A DNA stretch of 57,847 nt, from contig CAZPLB010000005.1 of the NCBI GenBank assembly GCA_964587425.1, positions 1-57,847 of the forward strand. The letters are read 5' to 3'. This stretch comes from an uncultured Gammaproteobacteria bacterium (GTDB lineage: Bacteria; Patescibacteriota; Microgenomatia; UBA8517). Below are positions 1 to 10,408 of the stretch, in pieces. The position numbers were made by a program, and so were the translations under genes. Under the pieces are notes generated by a model, which was not told the origin of the DNA, made no database searches, and was given only the letters and a program-made list of their open reading frames with translations. Positions within the stretch are counted from its first letter, which is position 1. The number at the start of each line of letters is the position of its first letter.

Positions 1-2630
1 TCTTCTTCCCCAGTCTTCTCAATCTTGGCTACAGCTGCAACAGTATCAGCTTTCTTTGCAAACCTCATTAAGATAACTCCCTGTGTAGCTCTCCCCAACT
101 CTGGAATATTTCTCAAAGGAAGTTTAATCACCTGTCCATGGCGGCTTGTAATCACAACCTGATCAATTAATGGAGTTACCATAATGGCGGATGTTAGCTT
201 TCCTGTTTTTTCGCTAGTTACAGATGCCTTCACGCCCATTCCTCCTCTTTTCTGGTTAGGAAATAAATCAACAGATGTGCGCTTCCCTAGTCCATGTTCT
301 GAAATGGTCAAAATATCACGAAACATCTTTTTTCTTGCATCCTCCACCTTTGGCTTCGCCTGTGCAAATACTTCCATTCCAATAACTTCATCCCCTTCTG
401 CCAATCTCATTCCTCTCACTCCACTCGTTGCCCTTCCCATTGGTCTTACATCCTTCTCTGGGAATTTTATTGCCTTACCGTTTTTAGTCAAGATTAGTAT
501 AAAGTCCTCTCCTTCTGTTTCATGAACAGAAATTAACTTGTCCCCTTTGTCCAATCTCATTGCAATTAACCCATTTGAACGAAGGTTTGAAAACTCCTTC
601 ACAGATGACTTTTTAACTGTTCCATTGGCTGTTGCCATGATTATGTATTTGGCAGTGGCTGTTACAGGAAGGATCGAGCGAATCTCCTCCCCTTGTTCTA
701 AGTTAACAAGATTAACAAGAGCCTGCCCCTTTGATTGTCTGCTGCTCTCTGGAATGTCCCATGCTTTTGTTCCAAAAACGCGTCCCTTGTCAGTAAAGAA
801 AAGTATGGTGTCATGAGTGGAAGCAGTTAGAAGATGTGATATCTCATCTTCCTCTTTGGTTGCCATTCCAACTACTCCCTTTCCACCCCTCTTTTGTGCC
901 TTGAAGCTTGCCTTTGGAACCCTTTTTATGTACCCACTTTTTGTAACAGTCACAAGCATGTCTTCCTTTGCAATTAAGTCAGCCTCAGAAATTTCACCGA
1001 TTTTCTGTTTGTATATTTTTGTTTTTCGCTTGTCTCCAAACCTCTCTCTAATGTCTGCAAGTTCTGTTTCAATGATTTCCAAAACTTTCTCAGGAGTCTT
1101 TAAAATGAGAGTTAATTTATCAATCAACTTCTTCATTTCTTCATACTCTTTTTCAATTTTTTCGCGCTCGAGAGCTGCCAAACGTCTCAACTGCATATCA
1201 AGAATTGCAGTTGCCTGAATTTCAGAAAACTTGAACTTCGCAATTAAGTTTGTTTTAGCCTCCTCTTGAGTCTTGCTTTCACGTATTGTTTTAATAACAG
1301 CATCCAGGTTATCGAGAGCAATCTTCAACCCTTCCAATATATGAGCACGCTTTTTGGCAGCAGTCAATTCAAAAATAGTTCTTCGAATAATTACTCTTTG
1401 TCTATGCCTCACATATTCAACTAATATCTGCTTCAGATTAACTGTGTATGGAGTGCCATCAACCAAAGCAACAAAGTTAGCGGGGAATGTAGTTTGAAGT
1501 CTTGTGTGTTTGTATAAGTTATTCAAAACCGATTTTGGTTTGGCGTCCCTTTTCAAGTCAGCAACAACTCGCATTCCATCTTTGTCGCTTTCATCTCTTA
1601 ACCCAGATATCCCAACAATCTTTTTATTTTTGACAAGGTCTGCAATCTGCTCAACCAGAAGGGCTTTGTTAACTTGATATGGAATCTCTGTAATGACTAT
1701 TTGTGTTTTACCCTTTGGCCCGTCAGTAATATCAGCTATTCCTCGAACAACAATTCTTCCCCTTCCCGTTGCATACACTTCAACCAAACTTTTGGAATCG
1801 TAAATTGCCCCTCCAGTTGGAAAATCAGGACCAGGCAGAAAATTAGTCAATTCCTCGGTAGTTACATCGCTGTCAAACCCAACCTGTTTGACCTTAAGTT
1901 CTTCTTCGTCAAACTTTACTTTGGCATCTGCTGCGATTAAATTAATTTTCTGAATGAAAAATTCTGCCTCTTTGTCCTGTTCTTCCTTGAGAGTTGTAAC
2001 CTTCCCTTTTTTTATTGTTTCAAGTACAGCATCTACCACTTCAACTAAATTGTGAGGAGGAATCTTGGTTGCCATACCAACAGCAATACCTTCTGAACCC
2101 ATTAAAAGAAGATTTGGAAGAAGAGCGGGAAGAAATGATGGCTCTTTGATGGTTCCATCAAAGTTATCAGTAAAATCTACTGTCTCCTTTTCAATATCAA
2201 GAAGAAGAGGCGCACTAATTTTTGCAAGCCTAACCTCCGTGTAACGCATTGCAGCTGCAGGGTCTCCATCTACGCTCCCAAAATTTCCCTGTCCATCAAC
2301 TAATTGATATCTCATTGAAAATTCCTGTGCCATACGGACCATGGCATCATACACAGCCATATCTCCATGCGGATGAAACTTCCCCAAAACTTCTCCAACC
2401 ACCTTGGCGCTTTTTGTGTGAGGCCCGCTCCCCATTCCCATCAAATGCATGGCATAAAGTATTCTTCTGTGAACAGGCTTCAAGCCATCTTTAATGTCAG
2501 GGAGAGCGCGTGCAACAATAACGCTCATTGCATAATCGAGGTAACTTTTGGAGAGTTCATCGGCAATCTCAACTTTTTGGATTCGCCCTACGTTATTTAC
2601 CAGTTCAATATCATTATTAGTTGTATCCAT
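1..2630 (-). CDS. gyrA: DNA gyrase subunit A (3' end runs off the window)
   Basis: Manual translation from ATG at 2630 gives [41 protein letters not shown] (catalytic Tyr) and the GyrA-box QKRGGKG near 881-896. It is absent from the ORF track because no stop lies in the window. Confidence 0.97.
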   Translation of the reverse strand, partial: MDTTNNDIELVNNVGRIQKVEIADELSKSYLDYAMSVIVARALPDIKDGLKPVHRRILYAMHLMGMGSGPHTKSAKVVGEVLGKFHPHGDMAVYDAMVRMAQEFSMRYQLVDGQGNFGSVDGDPAAAMRYTEVRLAKISAPLLLDIEKETVDFTDNFDGTIKEPSFLPALLPNLLLMGSEGIAVGMATKIPPHNLVEVVDAVLETIKKGKVTTLKEEQDKEAEFFIQKINLIAADAKVKFDEEELKVKQVGFDSDVTTEELTNFLPGPDFPTGGAIYDSKSLVEVYATGRGRIVVRGIADITDGPKGKTQIVITEIPYQVNKALLVEQIADLVKNKKIVGISGLRDESDKDGMRVVADLKRDAKPKSVLNNLYKHTRLQTTFPANFVALVDGTPYTVNLKQILVEYVRHRQRVIIRRTIFELTAAKKRAHILEGLKIALDNLDAVIKTIRESKTQEEAKTNLIAKFKFSEIQATAILDMQLRRLAALEREKIEKEYEEMKKLIDKLTLILKTPEKVLEIIETELADIRERFGDKRKTKIYKQKIGEISEADLIAKEDMLVTVTKSGYIKRVPKASFKAQKRGGKGVVGMATKEEDEISHLLTASTHDTILFFTDKGRVFGTKAWDIPESSRQSKGQALVNLVNLEQGEEIRSILPVTATAKYIIMATANGTVKKSSVKEFSNLRSNGLIAMRLDKGDKLISVHETEGEDFILILTKNGKAIKFPEKDVRPMGRATSGVRGMRLAEGDEVIGMEVFAQAKPKVEDARKKMFRDILTISEHGLGKRTSVDLFPNQKRGGMGVKASVTSEKTGKLTSAIMVTPLIDQVVITSRHGQVIKLPLRNIPELGRATQGVILMRFAKKADTVAAVAKIEKTGEE

Positions 2631-2728
2631 ATAGAGACAAAAAGAGAGGCTCTTTAGCCTTATATAATTCTAACTCTTTGAGGGTAAAGAAGCAATAGAA
2701 ACTATCCTATTTTCACATCAATTTTCAA

Positions 2729-3070
2729 TCACAAAGTGACAAGTTTCTCAATCTTAGCAGCAAGTATAAAATCATTTTTGAATAGCCCATTTATAGCATG
2801 TGTCCAAAGTTCAATTGTTACTTTGTTGTAGAAAATGTAAATATCAGGATGGTGTCCCTCAGCTTCTGCAACATCGGCAACCTTGTCTACAAAATTAATT
2901 GCCTCTCTGAAATTTTTGAATTCAAAAAGGTGTTTAATCTTTTTCCCATCAACCAGTTCCCACTTCAATTTCAACTGCTTCAAGTACTCCTCTGCCTCCT
3001 CAAGTCCGATAGGATCAACACCACCTTCACAAGGCACGCATTTAGCCTTTGTTAAATCGGATGCCGTCAT
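2729..3070 (-). CDS. Pterin-4-alpha-carbinolamine dehydratase (PhhB/PCD family)
   Basis: CVPCEGG N-terminus, AEAEGHHPDI and WTHAINGLFKNDFILAAKI signatures. Confidence 0.92.
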   Translation of the reverse strand: MTASDLTKAKCVPCEGGVDPIGLEEAEEYLKQLKLKWELVDGKKIKHLFEFKNFREAINFVDKVADVAEAEGHHPDIYIFYNKVTIELWTHAINGLFKNDFILAAKIEKLVTL

Positions 3071-3495
3071 TCTGTTACTATAACAGTCCCCTTCATGTTT
3101 GGGTGTACACTACAAAAATACTTGAAAGTACCTGCTTTACTGAAAGTGACGCTTCCCTTCTCCCCCTGCCTTAATATTCCAGTATCAAAACTTCCATCCT
3201 CAGCAGTTGCAGTATGTCCCACCGAATCACTGTTCATCCAAGTAACAGTAGTTCCAACTTTTACAGTTATGGTCGCCGGGTTATATGCAAAACCTTTAAT
3301 TTCAATATTATTCGTCGCAACCGGATTCTTACTCTCTGTGTTTGTATTCTGTGTTGTTCGAGGCATAGTATCCATGGAACCAACATCGTTCTTAGTCTGG
3401 TTCTGACCCTTACTACCCATGACAAGAAACGCCCCCACTCCAACTATTAGAAGTAAAACAAAAACTACAACTGCGATTACTATATTTTTATTCAA
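3067..3495 (-). CDS. Membrane-anchored cupredoxin (plastocyanin/amicyanin-like)
   Basis: N-terminal TM helix, type-1 Cu ligands in GHTAT and YFCSVHPNM, TTG start with GGAGGTG Shine-Dalgarno. Confidence 0.9.
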   Translation of the reverse strand: MNKNIVIAVVVFVLLLIVGVGAFLVMGSKGQNQTKNDVGSMDTMPRTTQNTNTESKNPVATNNIEIKGFAYNPATITVKVGTTVTWMNSDSVGHTATAEDGSFDTGILRQGEKGSVTFSKAGTFKYFCSVHPNMKGTVIVTE

Positions 3496-3589
3496 AATTT
3501 TTCACCTCCACTAAACATAATATCACTTTCTTTTCTTCTTGGTAAATTATCCTCTTGACACAACACTTTCTAGGTGGGCATACTAAAAC

Positions 3590-4084
3590 ATGGCAAGAAA
3601 AGCTGTAAAAAGTAAAGGTAGAAGTAAAAAGTCCACCTGGGAGCTTTCAGATTCAAATTTCTTGGCCGTTGCTTTAATCGCTCTTGTCGGCATGCTCGCT
3701 TCAGCTCTTCTTCTATACAAAAATAACATCCAAACACAACTTGCAAATGAACCAAAAACAGCGGTTGTCGAACTTGCCGCCCAAAATGGTTCAGGTGAAT
3801 CAGGAACAGCAACTTTGACAGAAACAAACGGCAAAACAACAGTGGTATTAAAAATGTCAGGATTTCCAAAAGGTGTAAGTCAGCCAGCCCATATTCATCT
3901 TGGTAGCTGTCCAAAACCAGGTGAAGTAAAATATCCTTTAGAGTTTCCATTGAATGGGGACTCATCAACTACCCTTGATGTAACACTTGCCCAACTGAAG
4001 TCAATGGAACCACTTGCAATTAACGTTCATAAGTCAGGAACCCAAGCTAGTGTGTATGTCTCCTGTGGAAATTTAAGTTTGTAA
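3590..4084 (+). CDS. Membrane-anchored CHRD / Cu-Zn-SOD-like beta-sandwich protein
   Basis: TM helix followed by QNGSGESGTATL, QPAHIHLGSC, AINVHKS and VSCGNL motifs. Confidence 0.6.
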   Translation: MARKAVKSKGRSKKSTWELSDSNFLAVALIALVGMLASALLLYKNNIQTQLANEPKTAVVELAAQNGSGESGTATLTETNGKTTVVLKMSGFPKGVSQPAHIHLGSCPKPGEVKYPLEFPLNGDSSTTLDVTLAQLKSMEPLAINVHKSGTQASVYVSCGNLSL

Positions 4085-4109
4085 ATTAAAACTTAAATTT
4101 AAACCCGAT

Positions 4110-4688
4110 TTAATTCTTACCTTTTCCCAGTACTATCAATATTGTAGTTTCACTTTGATCCTTCTCTCTTGATACTGTAAGGTATCCACTTAAGTCATCC
4201 TTAGTTATTGCCCAATTTGTCCCTATTCCACTTCCTTGCGTAGAATCAGCACTCCAGCCGCTCACCTTTAGGTTTGTTTCATAATACGAGGTTACTTTCT
4301 CAGGAGCGTCAGATGTGGAAAGTGTAAGCCAAAAACCATTGCCTTCTCCATTCTGATTCCCAGAAAGTGAACTAGTGACTTTTGATCCAGGATAAACCGG
4401 AAAATCTTTTGGGAAGTCATCTGGAATTTTATTTGTTCCAACATCAAGTTTGGCTCCAGTTTTGGGATCAGTAAATGTTAATTTTCCGTTTTGGATATCA
4501 TCAATATTTGTTTCTACTCCAGTTTTCTGGCTAATTACCCCGCTAATCAGTTTTTTAGCTACAGCTCCAGCAAACAAACTAACAAGAACTCCTAAAATGG
4601 TTACAACCAACAAGCATCCTATTGCAAACTTGGCCATTCTGGGTAATCCCTTTTTTGGAGCTTTGGTGCTATTTAATTCTTCTGCCAT
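4110..4688 (-). CDS. Membrane-anchored hypothetical protein
   Basis: 192 aa ORF with one TM helix and an IPDDFPKDFPVYPGSK motif. Confidence 0.75.
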   Translation of the reverse strand: MAEELNSTKAPKKGLPRMAKFAIGCLLVVTILGVLVSLFAGAVAKKLISGVISQKTGVETNIDDIQNGKLTFTDPKTGAKLDVGTNKIPDDFPKDFPVYPGSKVTSSLSGNQNGEGNGFWLTLSTSDAPEKVTSYYETNLKVSGWSADSTQGSGIGTNWAITKDDLSGYLTVSREKDQSETTILIVLGKGKN

Positions 4689-4711
4689 TTTCCAAGTATC
4701 GCATGGAGAGT

Positions 4712-6517
4712 TTATTTTTGCAATTTTGCTTGTCTTCGCGCTTCAGTAATATTTAGTATAATTTTTCGAATTCTAATACTTTTTGGAGTAACTTCAACTA
4801 ATTCACTATCGTCAATATACTCAAGTGCCTCTTCCAACCCCATTTTCTTTGGAGCATTAAAGTGTTCCATTACTCCGTCCCCCTTACTTCTCATGTTTGA
4901 AAGTTTTTTCTCTTTGCAAACGTTAACTTCAATATCCTCGCTCCTTGAGTTTTGCCCAACAACTTGGCCTTTATATACTTCCTCGTTTGGTCCGACGAAT
5001 AGTACTCCCCTGTCTTGAATACCAGTCATTCCATACAGTCGAGTTAATCCGCCTTCAAAAGCAACCAATGATCCTCGCTCGCGGTCTAGTACCTTGCCGT
5101 CATCAAGTTTAAATTCCATGAAGGAATTATTAATGACTCCCATTCCTTTGGAAGTTGTCATCAAGTCTCCTCTCATTCCAAATAAATTCTTTGTAGCAAT
5201 ATTGAATTCAAGAGCAGTTATCCCATTGTCGCTTTTCATATCAACCATTTCCCCGCCTCTTTTGTTCATATTTTGGATAACAGTCCCCGCAAACTCATCC
5301 GGAGTCTCTATATATACCTTTTCCCAAGGTGTCATTTTCTTGCCATCAATAACTTTTGTAATAGCCTGTGGGCGACCTACTTCAAACTCATACCCTTCTC
5401 TCCTCATTCTCTCAATTAAGATTGCCAAATGAAGCTCACCTCTTCCTGAAACCATCCATTTCCCCTCACTTGGTTCAACTTTCAAAGCAACATCAGTCTG
5501 GAGTTCCTTCATTAGTCTATCCTTCAACTGACTCCCAGTCTTGAATTCACCCTCCCTGCCTCCAAGAGGCGAAGTATTAATATTAAAAGTCATTTTTATG
5601 GTTGGTTCTTCAATCGAAAGTACTGGGAGTGCGATTGGTTCAACTGGATCAGCGATGGTCTCCCCAATTGTGATATCAGGGATTCCAGAAATGGCTACTA
5701 TATCCCCAGCCATAGCTTCAAGCGCATTAACCCTTTCAAGTCCTTCATATGTCATCAGTGAGGTCAAGCGGTATTTCTTCTGACTCCCATCGCGATTTAT
5801 ATGCATTACATCCTGCCCAGCCTTAATTTTCCCGTTGTGGATTCTGCCTGTAGCGATCCTACCCTTAAAGTTGTCATATGCAATAGTTGTGACCAATAAC
5901 TGCAAAGGCTTTTCAGGATCACCCTTTGGAGCAGGAATATTTTTAATAATCGCATCAAAAAGAGGGTTAATATCAGTCATTGTTTTAATATCAGCAGTGT
6001 CCCCTGCAAGCCCATTTTTAGCAGAGGCATAAACGATTGGGAAAAATGCGGCCGACTCATCAGCTCCAAGCTCTACAAATAGATCAAAAGTTTTTCCAAC
6101 CACCCAGTCAGGACGAGCGTCAGCCAAATCCACTTTATTGACTACTACAACAATTTTTAAGCCTAATTTCAAGGCATGCTTCAAGACAAATCTTGTTTGA
6201 GGCATAGGACCATCTTTGGCGTCAATCAGTAAAAGCGCACCATCAGCCATCTTCAAGACGCGTTCTACTTCTCCTCCAAAGTCAGCATGTCCTGGGGTAT
6301 CTATAATATTGATCTTGGTATCGTGGTACCGAACAGAGGCACTCTTTGAGAAAATGGTAATTCCACGTTCACGCTCAAGCTCGTTGCTGTCCATGATAAG
6401 TCCGCCCTCCTCACGCTCCTTTTTAATTTTGGTGTGAGATTGGCGCAGCAAAGCATCAACCAAGGTCGTTTTCCCGTGGTCAACGTGCGCAATTATGGCA
6501 ATATTCCTGATATCCAT
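4712..6517 (-). CDS. typA: Translational GTPase TypA/BipA
   Basis: RNIAIIAHVDHGKTTLVD, DTPGHADFGGEVER, GRGELHL..LIE.MRREG and C-terminal ELVEVTPKSIRIRK. Confidence 0.97.
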   Translation of the reverse strand: MDIRNIAIIAHVDHGKTTLVDALLRQSHTKIKKEREEGGLIMDSNELERERGITIFSKSASVRYHDTKINIIDTPGHADFGGEVERVLKMADGALLLIDAKDGPMPQTRFVLKHALKLGLKIVVVVNKVDLADARPDWVVGKTFDLFVELGADESAAFFPIVYASAKNGLAGDTADIKTMTDINPLFDAIIKNIPAPKGDPEKPLQLLVTTIAYDNFKGRIATGRIHNGKIKAGQDVMHINRDGSQKKYRLTSLMTYEGLERVNALEAMAGDIVAISGIPDITIGETIADPVEPIALPVLSIEEPTIKMTFNINTSPLGGREGEFKTGSQLKDRLMKELQTDVALKVEPSEGKWMVSGRGELHLAILIERMRREGYEFEVGRPQAITKVIDGKKMTPWEKVYIETPDEFAGTVIQNMNKRGGEMVDMKSDNGITALEFNIATKNLFGMRGDLMTTSKGMGVINNSFMEFKLDDGKVLDRERGSLVAFEGGLTRLYGMTGIQDRGVLFVGPNEEVYKGQVVGQNSRSEDIEVNVCKEKKLSNMRSKGDGVMEHFNAPKKMGLEEALEYIDDSELVEVTPKSIRIRKIILNITEARRQAKLQK

Positions 6518-6587
6518 ACATTTTGAATAAAAAAACCGCTCGTCTTCGCGGCTTATACCTTGTATTTTACCACACTTTTGTGATTAA

Positions 6588-8432
6588 ATGATATTTAGAA
6601 TGTCCAAAAGGATCTTAGTGCTGTTTTTGACTTTTCTTTCAGTATCCTTGTGCCTATTTTTTCCCATGCAGGCATATGCGTACTATACAAATATGAATGC
6701 GTCGCTTGTAATTGGAGAGCCAGACTTTAGATCAGCAGTGACTGGTGCAACAGCAAATACAATTGGATATCCATATCAGATGGATACAGATGGCACAAAA
6801 TTTATAGTTGCGGATTCTCTCTATCATAGGGCCCTAGTCTACAACCATATACCAACCAGCAACAACCAAGCTGCAGATGTTGTTATTGGTCAAGCCAATT
6901 TTACTGGAGGCGATGCCAATCAAAATGGAAGTGCAGGTGGAAACACCTTAAACCTCCCCGATGGTGTTGCTGTAATTAACGAGAAATTACTTATTGCCGA
7001 TTTTAGCAATAATCGAGTCTTAATTTTTAATACAATTCCGACTAGGAATAACACCTCTGCTGATTTGGTAATTGGCCAGAGCTCTCTTTCAGGAAGCGGT
7101 TCTGGTACCTCCCAAACAACACTTAGCGGAACTAGTGGTGTCGCCTATGATCCCTCCACTGGAAAAGTGGTTATCGCAGATTATTCCAATAATAGAGTCT
7201 TAATTTATAATCATCTTCCGGCGGCAAACGGGGCTTCAGCAGACGTTGTCATCGGTCATTCAGACTTCAATACGGCAACTGGAGGCACCTCTGCTGTATT
7301 ACTGACTCACCCCTATTCCGCTCGTATTTTGGATAATAAATTAATGGTTGCCGATTTTAACAATAATCGTGTTTTAATATGGAATTCTGTACCCACCACA
7401 AACGGCGTATCGGCAGATGTCGTAATTGGTCAAGTTGATTTTACCCACGGCTCCGCAAACCAAGGAGGAAGTGTCAACGCAAATACACTATCGAGACCAG
7501 CTGATATGAACTGGGACGGCAGGAGGCTTTATGTTAGCGACACAGGCAACTCCCGCGTACTTATTTACAATGGAATTCCAACTAGAAATAATGCCTCAGC
7601 AGACGTCGTTTTAGGACAAGCAAACTTTACTTCATCAAGTGTGAACCAAGGAGGAAGTGTCAACGCAAACACAATTGCAGCGTCAGACGCATTCATCCTT
7701 CTTATAAATGACCAACTCTTCATCGGAGACAACAATAATACTCGTATCCTGATATACAAAGATATCACCTCTACCCCACAGCTAAACATAAACATACCAC
7801 CATCTCCCATATCAGGGAATAATCTAAAGATAACCGGAGATGTTCTCCTTGGTAACCGCGGTACATATGCTCTTCAGTGGGTGAAAGCTGACATAAATGG
7901 CCAAGGAGCTGGAAATGTAACAACCTTAGGTGGAGGCAGAGATGATGGAAGCGACAAAACGCGTTATGACTTCTCAGAGGAATTTAACTCCCGTGTCAAT
8001 GGAGGTGATACCAGTAACTTTACAGCTAAATTCATAGCTTCTTCATTTAATGCAGACTCTACCTCTCTTTTCTACTTTTTACCATTTAACTTTGATTACA
8101 TACGAAGAAATATTCCATTAACAACAAACAAACTTAATATTTCATTCACTGTTAATAAATCTCAAGCACAAAGAGTAAAAGACAATATTGATCATTTTGA
8201 AATTCAAACTTCAACAGATTCAGGTAAGATGTGGAAGAAACTAGCTACCAATATATCAAGTGATATGATTGATACAGTTATAGGACAGGTATATATAACA
8301 ATTACAAACACACTTCTTCCTGGAGTTAAATACTTGGTAAAAGTAGACTCCATATCAAAAAACAGCAACTGGAGACAGTCATCTAATTCTCTTACTTACT
8401 TTGTACCAAAGAAAAAAGTTGTTAGTCATTGA
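6588..8432 (+). CDS. Secreted NHL-repeat beta-propeller surface protein
   Basis: Signal peptide and about six repeats of AD..N.RVLI(Y/F/W)N..PT.N..SADVVIGQ..F, then a beta-rich C-terminus. Confidence 0.85.
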   Translation: MIFRMSKRILVLFLTFLSVSLCLFFPMQAYAYYTNMNASLVIGEPDFRSAVTGATANTIGYPYQMDTDGTKFIVADSLYHRALVYNHIPTSNNQAADVVIGQANFTGGDANQNGSAGGNTLNLPDGVAVINEKLLIADFSNNRVLIFNTIPTRNNTSADLVIGQSSLSGSGSGTSQTTLSGTSGVAYDPSTGKVVIADYSNNRVLIYNHLPAANGASADVVIGHSDFNTATGGTSAVLLTHPYSARILDNKLMVADFNNNRVLIWNSVPTTNGVSADVVIGQVDFTHGSANQGGSVNANTLSRPADMNWDGRRLYVSDTGNSRVLIYNGIPTRNNASADVVLGQANFTSSSVNQGGSVNANTIAASDAFILLINDQLFIGDNNNTRILIYKDITSTPQLNINIPPSPISGNNLKITGDVLLGNRGTYALQWVKADINGQGAGNVTTLGGGRDDGSDKTRYDFSEEFNSRVNGGDTSNFTAKFIASSFNADSTSLFYFLPFNFDYIRRNIPLTTNKLNISFTVNKSQAQRVKDNIDHFEIQTSTDSGKMWKKLATNISSDMIDTVIGQVYITITNTLLPGVKYLVKVDSISKNSNWRQSSNSLTYFVPKKKVVSH

Positions 8433-8465
8433 TCACGTATGATATTCTCTAATTAAAATTACAAT

Positions 8466-9209
8466 ATGTTCAAAAATATCTTCTTCGCAGGTGGAACCAT
8501 CATATTACTGGCAGTCTGTGTCACACTTCTGCCTATAGATAAAATTAACTGGGGAAGAATTTCAATCCTTCCCGCTGCAACTATCACAGTAACAGGCACT
8601 TCCCAGGGTCAAGAAGCCAATCAAATAGCTTCATTTAATGCAACAGTTTCAGTGAGTAGTGATGACAAACAAAAAGCAGTAGATGAGGTCAACTCAAAGA
8701 TGACCGCTTTAATAGCCCAGGTTAAAAATTTTGGAATTCCTGATGCTGATATTAAAACTCAGCAGGTATCAGTATACCAACAACCCCAACCTCAAACCTT
8801 GATATATCCGGCACCACCCATACAGAATAATGGTAATGAGTGGCAAGCCTCAAATACAATTGAAATTACCGTAAAAGATGTATCAAAAACTTCAGGACTA
8901 ACAGATATTTTAAACAAAGGTGCAACAAATGTTTACGGTCCAAATTTAACAGTAGACCCAAACAATAAAACTGCAGACAATGATCTTCTCGCAAAAGCAA
9001 TTCAAGATGCGAAGATGAAGGCAGATGTAATGGCAAAAGCTGGTAACCAAACAGTAGGAAAAATGATTAATGTAGCTGAAGGTGGTGCCTCCTACCCAAT
9101 GCCATATTTAAATCTAAGTGCATCTGCACTGAAAGAAACATCTGCTCCAATCCAACCAGGAACATCTACTCTCTACAAAACTGTGACTGTTATATACGAA
9201 CTGAAGTAA
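8466..9209 (+). CDS. SIMPL (DUF541/BP26) family protein
   Basis: TITVTG, GIPDADIKTQQVSV, AIQDAKMKA and IQPGT..L...VTVIYEL pattern. Confidence 0.88.
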   Translation: MFKNIFFAGGTIILLAVCVTLLPIDKINWGRISILPAATITVTGTSQGQEANQIASFNATVSVSSDDKQKAVDEVNSKMTALIAQVKNFGIPDADIKTQQVSVYQQPQPQTLIYPAPPIQNNGNEWQASNTIEITVKDVSKTSGLTDILNKGATNVYGPNLTVDPNNKTADNDLLAKAIQDAKMKADVMAKAGNQTVGKMINVAEGGASYPMPYLNLSASALKETSAPIQPGTSTLYKTVTVIYELK

Positions 9210-9746
9210 TTATTTTTTGAATTCTTCCTTGTACCTATTAATACAAGTCTCGACTTCTTTCTGAGCTTCCTCTTTTGATTTCCAGCCAGTCACTTTTACC
9301 CATTTCCCCGGCTCAATTGATTTGTAATTTTCGTAGAAATGTTTAATTTTATTCTTCAAGTATTCAGGAAGATCATCAATGGAATTTATATTAGCAAATG
9401 CTGGATCAATTTTTGCTTTTGGTACGGCAATCAATTTAGCGTCTTCACCCTCCTCATCTTTTGTTGCAAGCATTCCAATAATTCGGCAGGAAATTACAAC
9501 ACCAGTTGGAACTGGTTCACTAGATAGAACTACAACATCAAGAGCATCTTCATCCCCACTCCATGTTTGAGGTATAAAGCCATAATTAAAGGGATATGCA
9601 AAAGCAGTATATAAAAATCTATCGACCACAATTGTTTTAACATCATCATGATACTCATACTTCGCTCTAGAATTCATAGGAATCTCAATAACAACATTTA
9701 CCAAATCCTTGGGGTCTCCAGATGCTATGTCATGTTGAAGATTCAT
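9210..9746 (-). CDS. ppa: Family I inorganic pyrophosphatase
   Basis: VIEIP..S..KYE, DRFL, YPFNYGFIPQT..GDEDALD and DEEGEDAKLIAVP. Confidence 0.96.
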   Translation of the reverse strand: MNLQHDIASGDPKDLVNVVIEIPMNSRAKYEYHDDVKTIVVDRFLYTAFAYPFNYGFIPQTWSGDEDALDVVVLSSEPVPTGVVISCRIIGMLATKDEEGEDAKLIAVPKAKIDPAFANINSIDDLPEYLKNKIKHFYENYKSIEPGKWVKVTGWKSKEEAQKEVETCINRYKEEFKK

Positions 9747-9762
9747 ATCCTCATTATACTAT

Positions 9763-10407
9763 CTAATTATCCAAGATTCCATATCTATTAACTTTCTTAC
9801 CAGGATTAGTTATGGGTTCTTGAGAAATCATATTAAAACATAAGGCAAGATGAATTGCCTCACCAACATTTGCAGGTCTTATGCCTGATTCAAGTGCAAT
9901 GTTTCCCATGATCCCCCGTCCATAAGGCTGAAGTCCTTGTAGTCTTGTCTGATCATAAAAAGCCTCTCTTCCATACAGATACTTTCCTAATGTATGTTCT
10001 GCCCTCTCTGTCTCTCTTGCAATCTCAGTAACTGCTTGACCAATGATTAAATCTTTAAGCAAACTACATTGTTCTTCAGTAAAAAGTTCAGGTCTGGAAA
10101 TTACAAGATTATATCTGATATGCCAATTATCTTGTGTGTGCGTCGGTGCATTCTCTTCTTTCGGCAACTGAAGTAATAATCCAGTCCTAAACATTACAAA
10201 CACAGCTTTTTTAATGTTTCCGTCTCTATATCGTCCAGAGAGCCTGCCAGTTTTCTCCGTTAAATCTCGCACAATTTGTTTTGTGTCTGGCAATGCTATT
10301 TCCTTCTGTGTTGCCCCTGTGACTACCTGTCTAATAACATGTAACTCATCCTCATTATAAAATGGATTTGCAACCAAATGAATATTATGTGAAGATGTTC
10401 TTTCCAT
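9763..10407 (-). CDS. Hypothetical protein with two degenerate LuxR/GerE-like HTH modules
   Basis: Probable start at ATG 10407, one base after the upstream stop. Contains two F(Y/T)..E...(V/L)...G....EIA segments. Confidence 0.55.
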   Translation of the reverse strand: MERTSSHNIHLVANPFYNEDELHVIRQVVTGATQKEIALPDTKQIVRDLTEKTGRLSGRYRDGNIKKAVFVMFRTGLLLQLPKEENAPTHTQDNWHIRYNLVISRPELFTEEQCSLLKDLIIGQAVTEIARETERAEHTLGKYLYGREAFYDQTRLQGLQPYGRGIMGNIALESGIRPANVGEAIHLALCFNMISQEPITNPGKKVNRYGILDN

Positions 10408-10408
10408 A

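Noticed and set aside
1870-2012. GyrA insertion as an intein
   Set aside because: It is too short and lacks Cys/Ser and His-Asn splice termini.
184-2657. Several plus-strand ORFs in the track
   Set aside because: They are antisense shadows of gyrA, which occupies the minus strand.
6800-7760. Periodic repeats as a CRISPR array or DGR template
   Set aside because: They are in-frame protein repeats with degenerate codons. No spacers, cas genes or reverse transcriptase are present.
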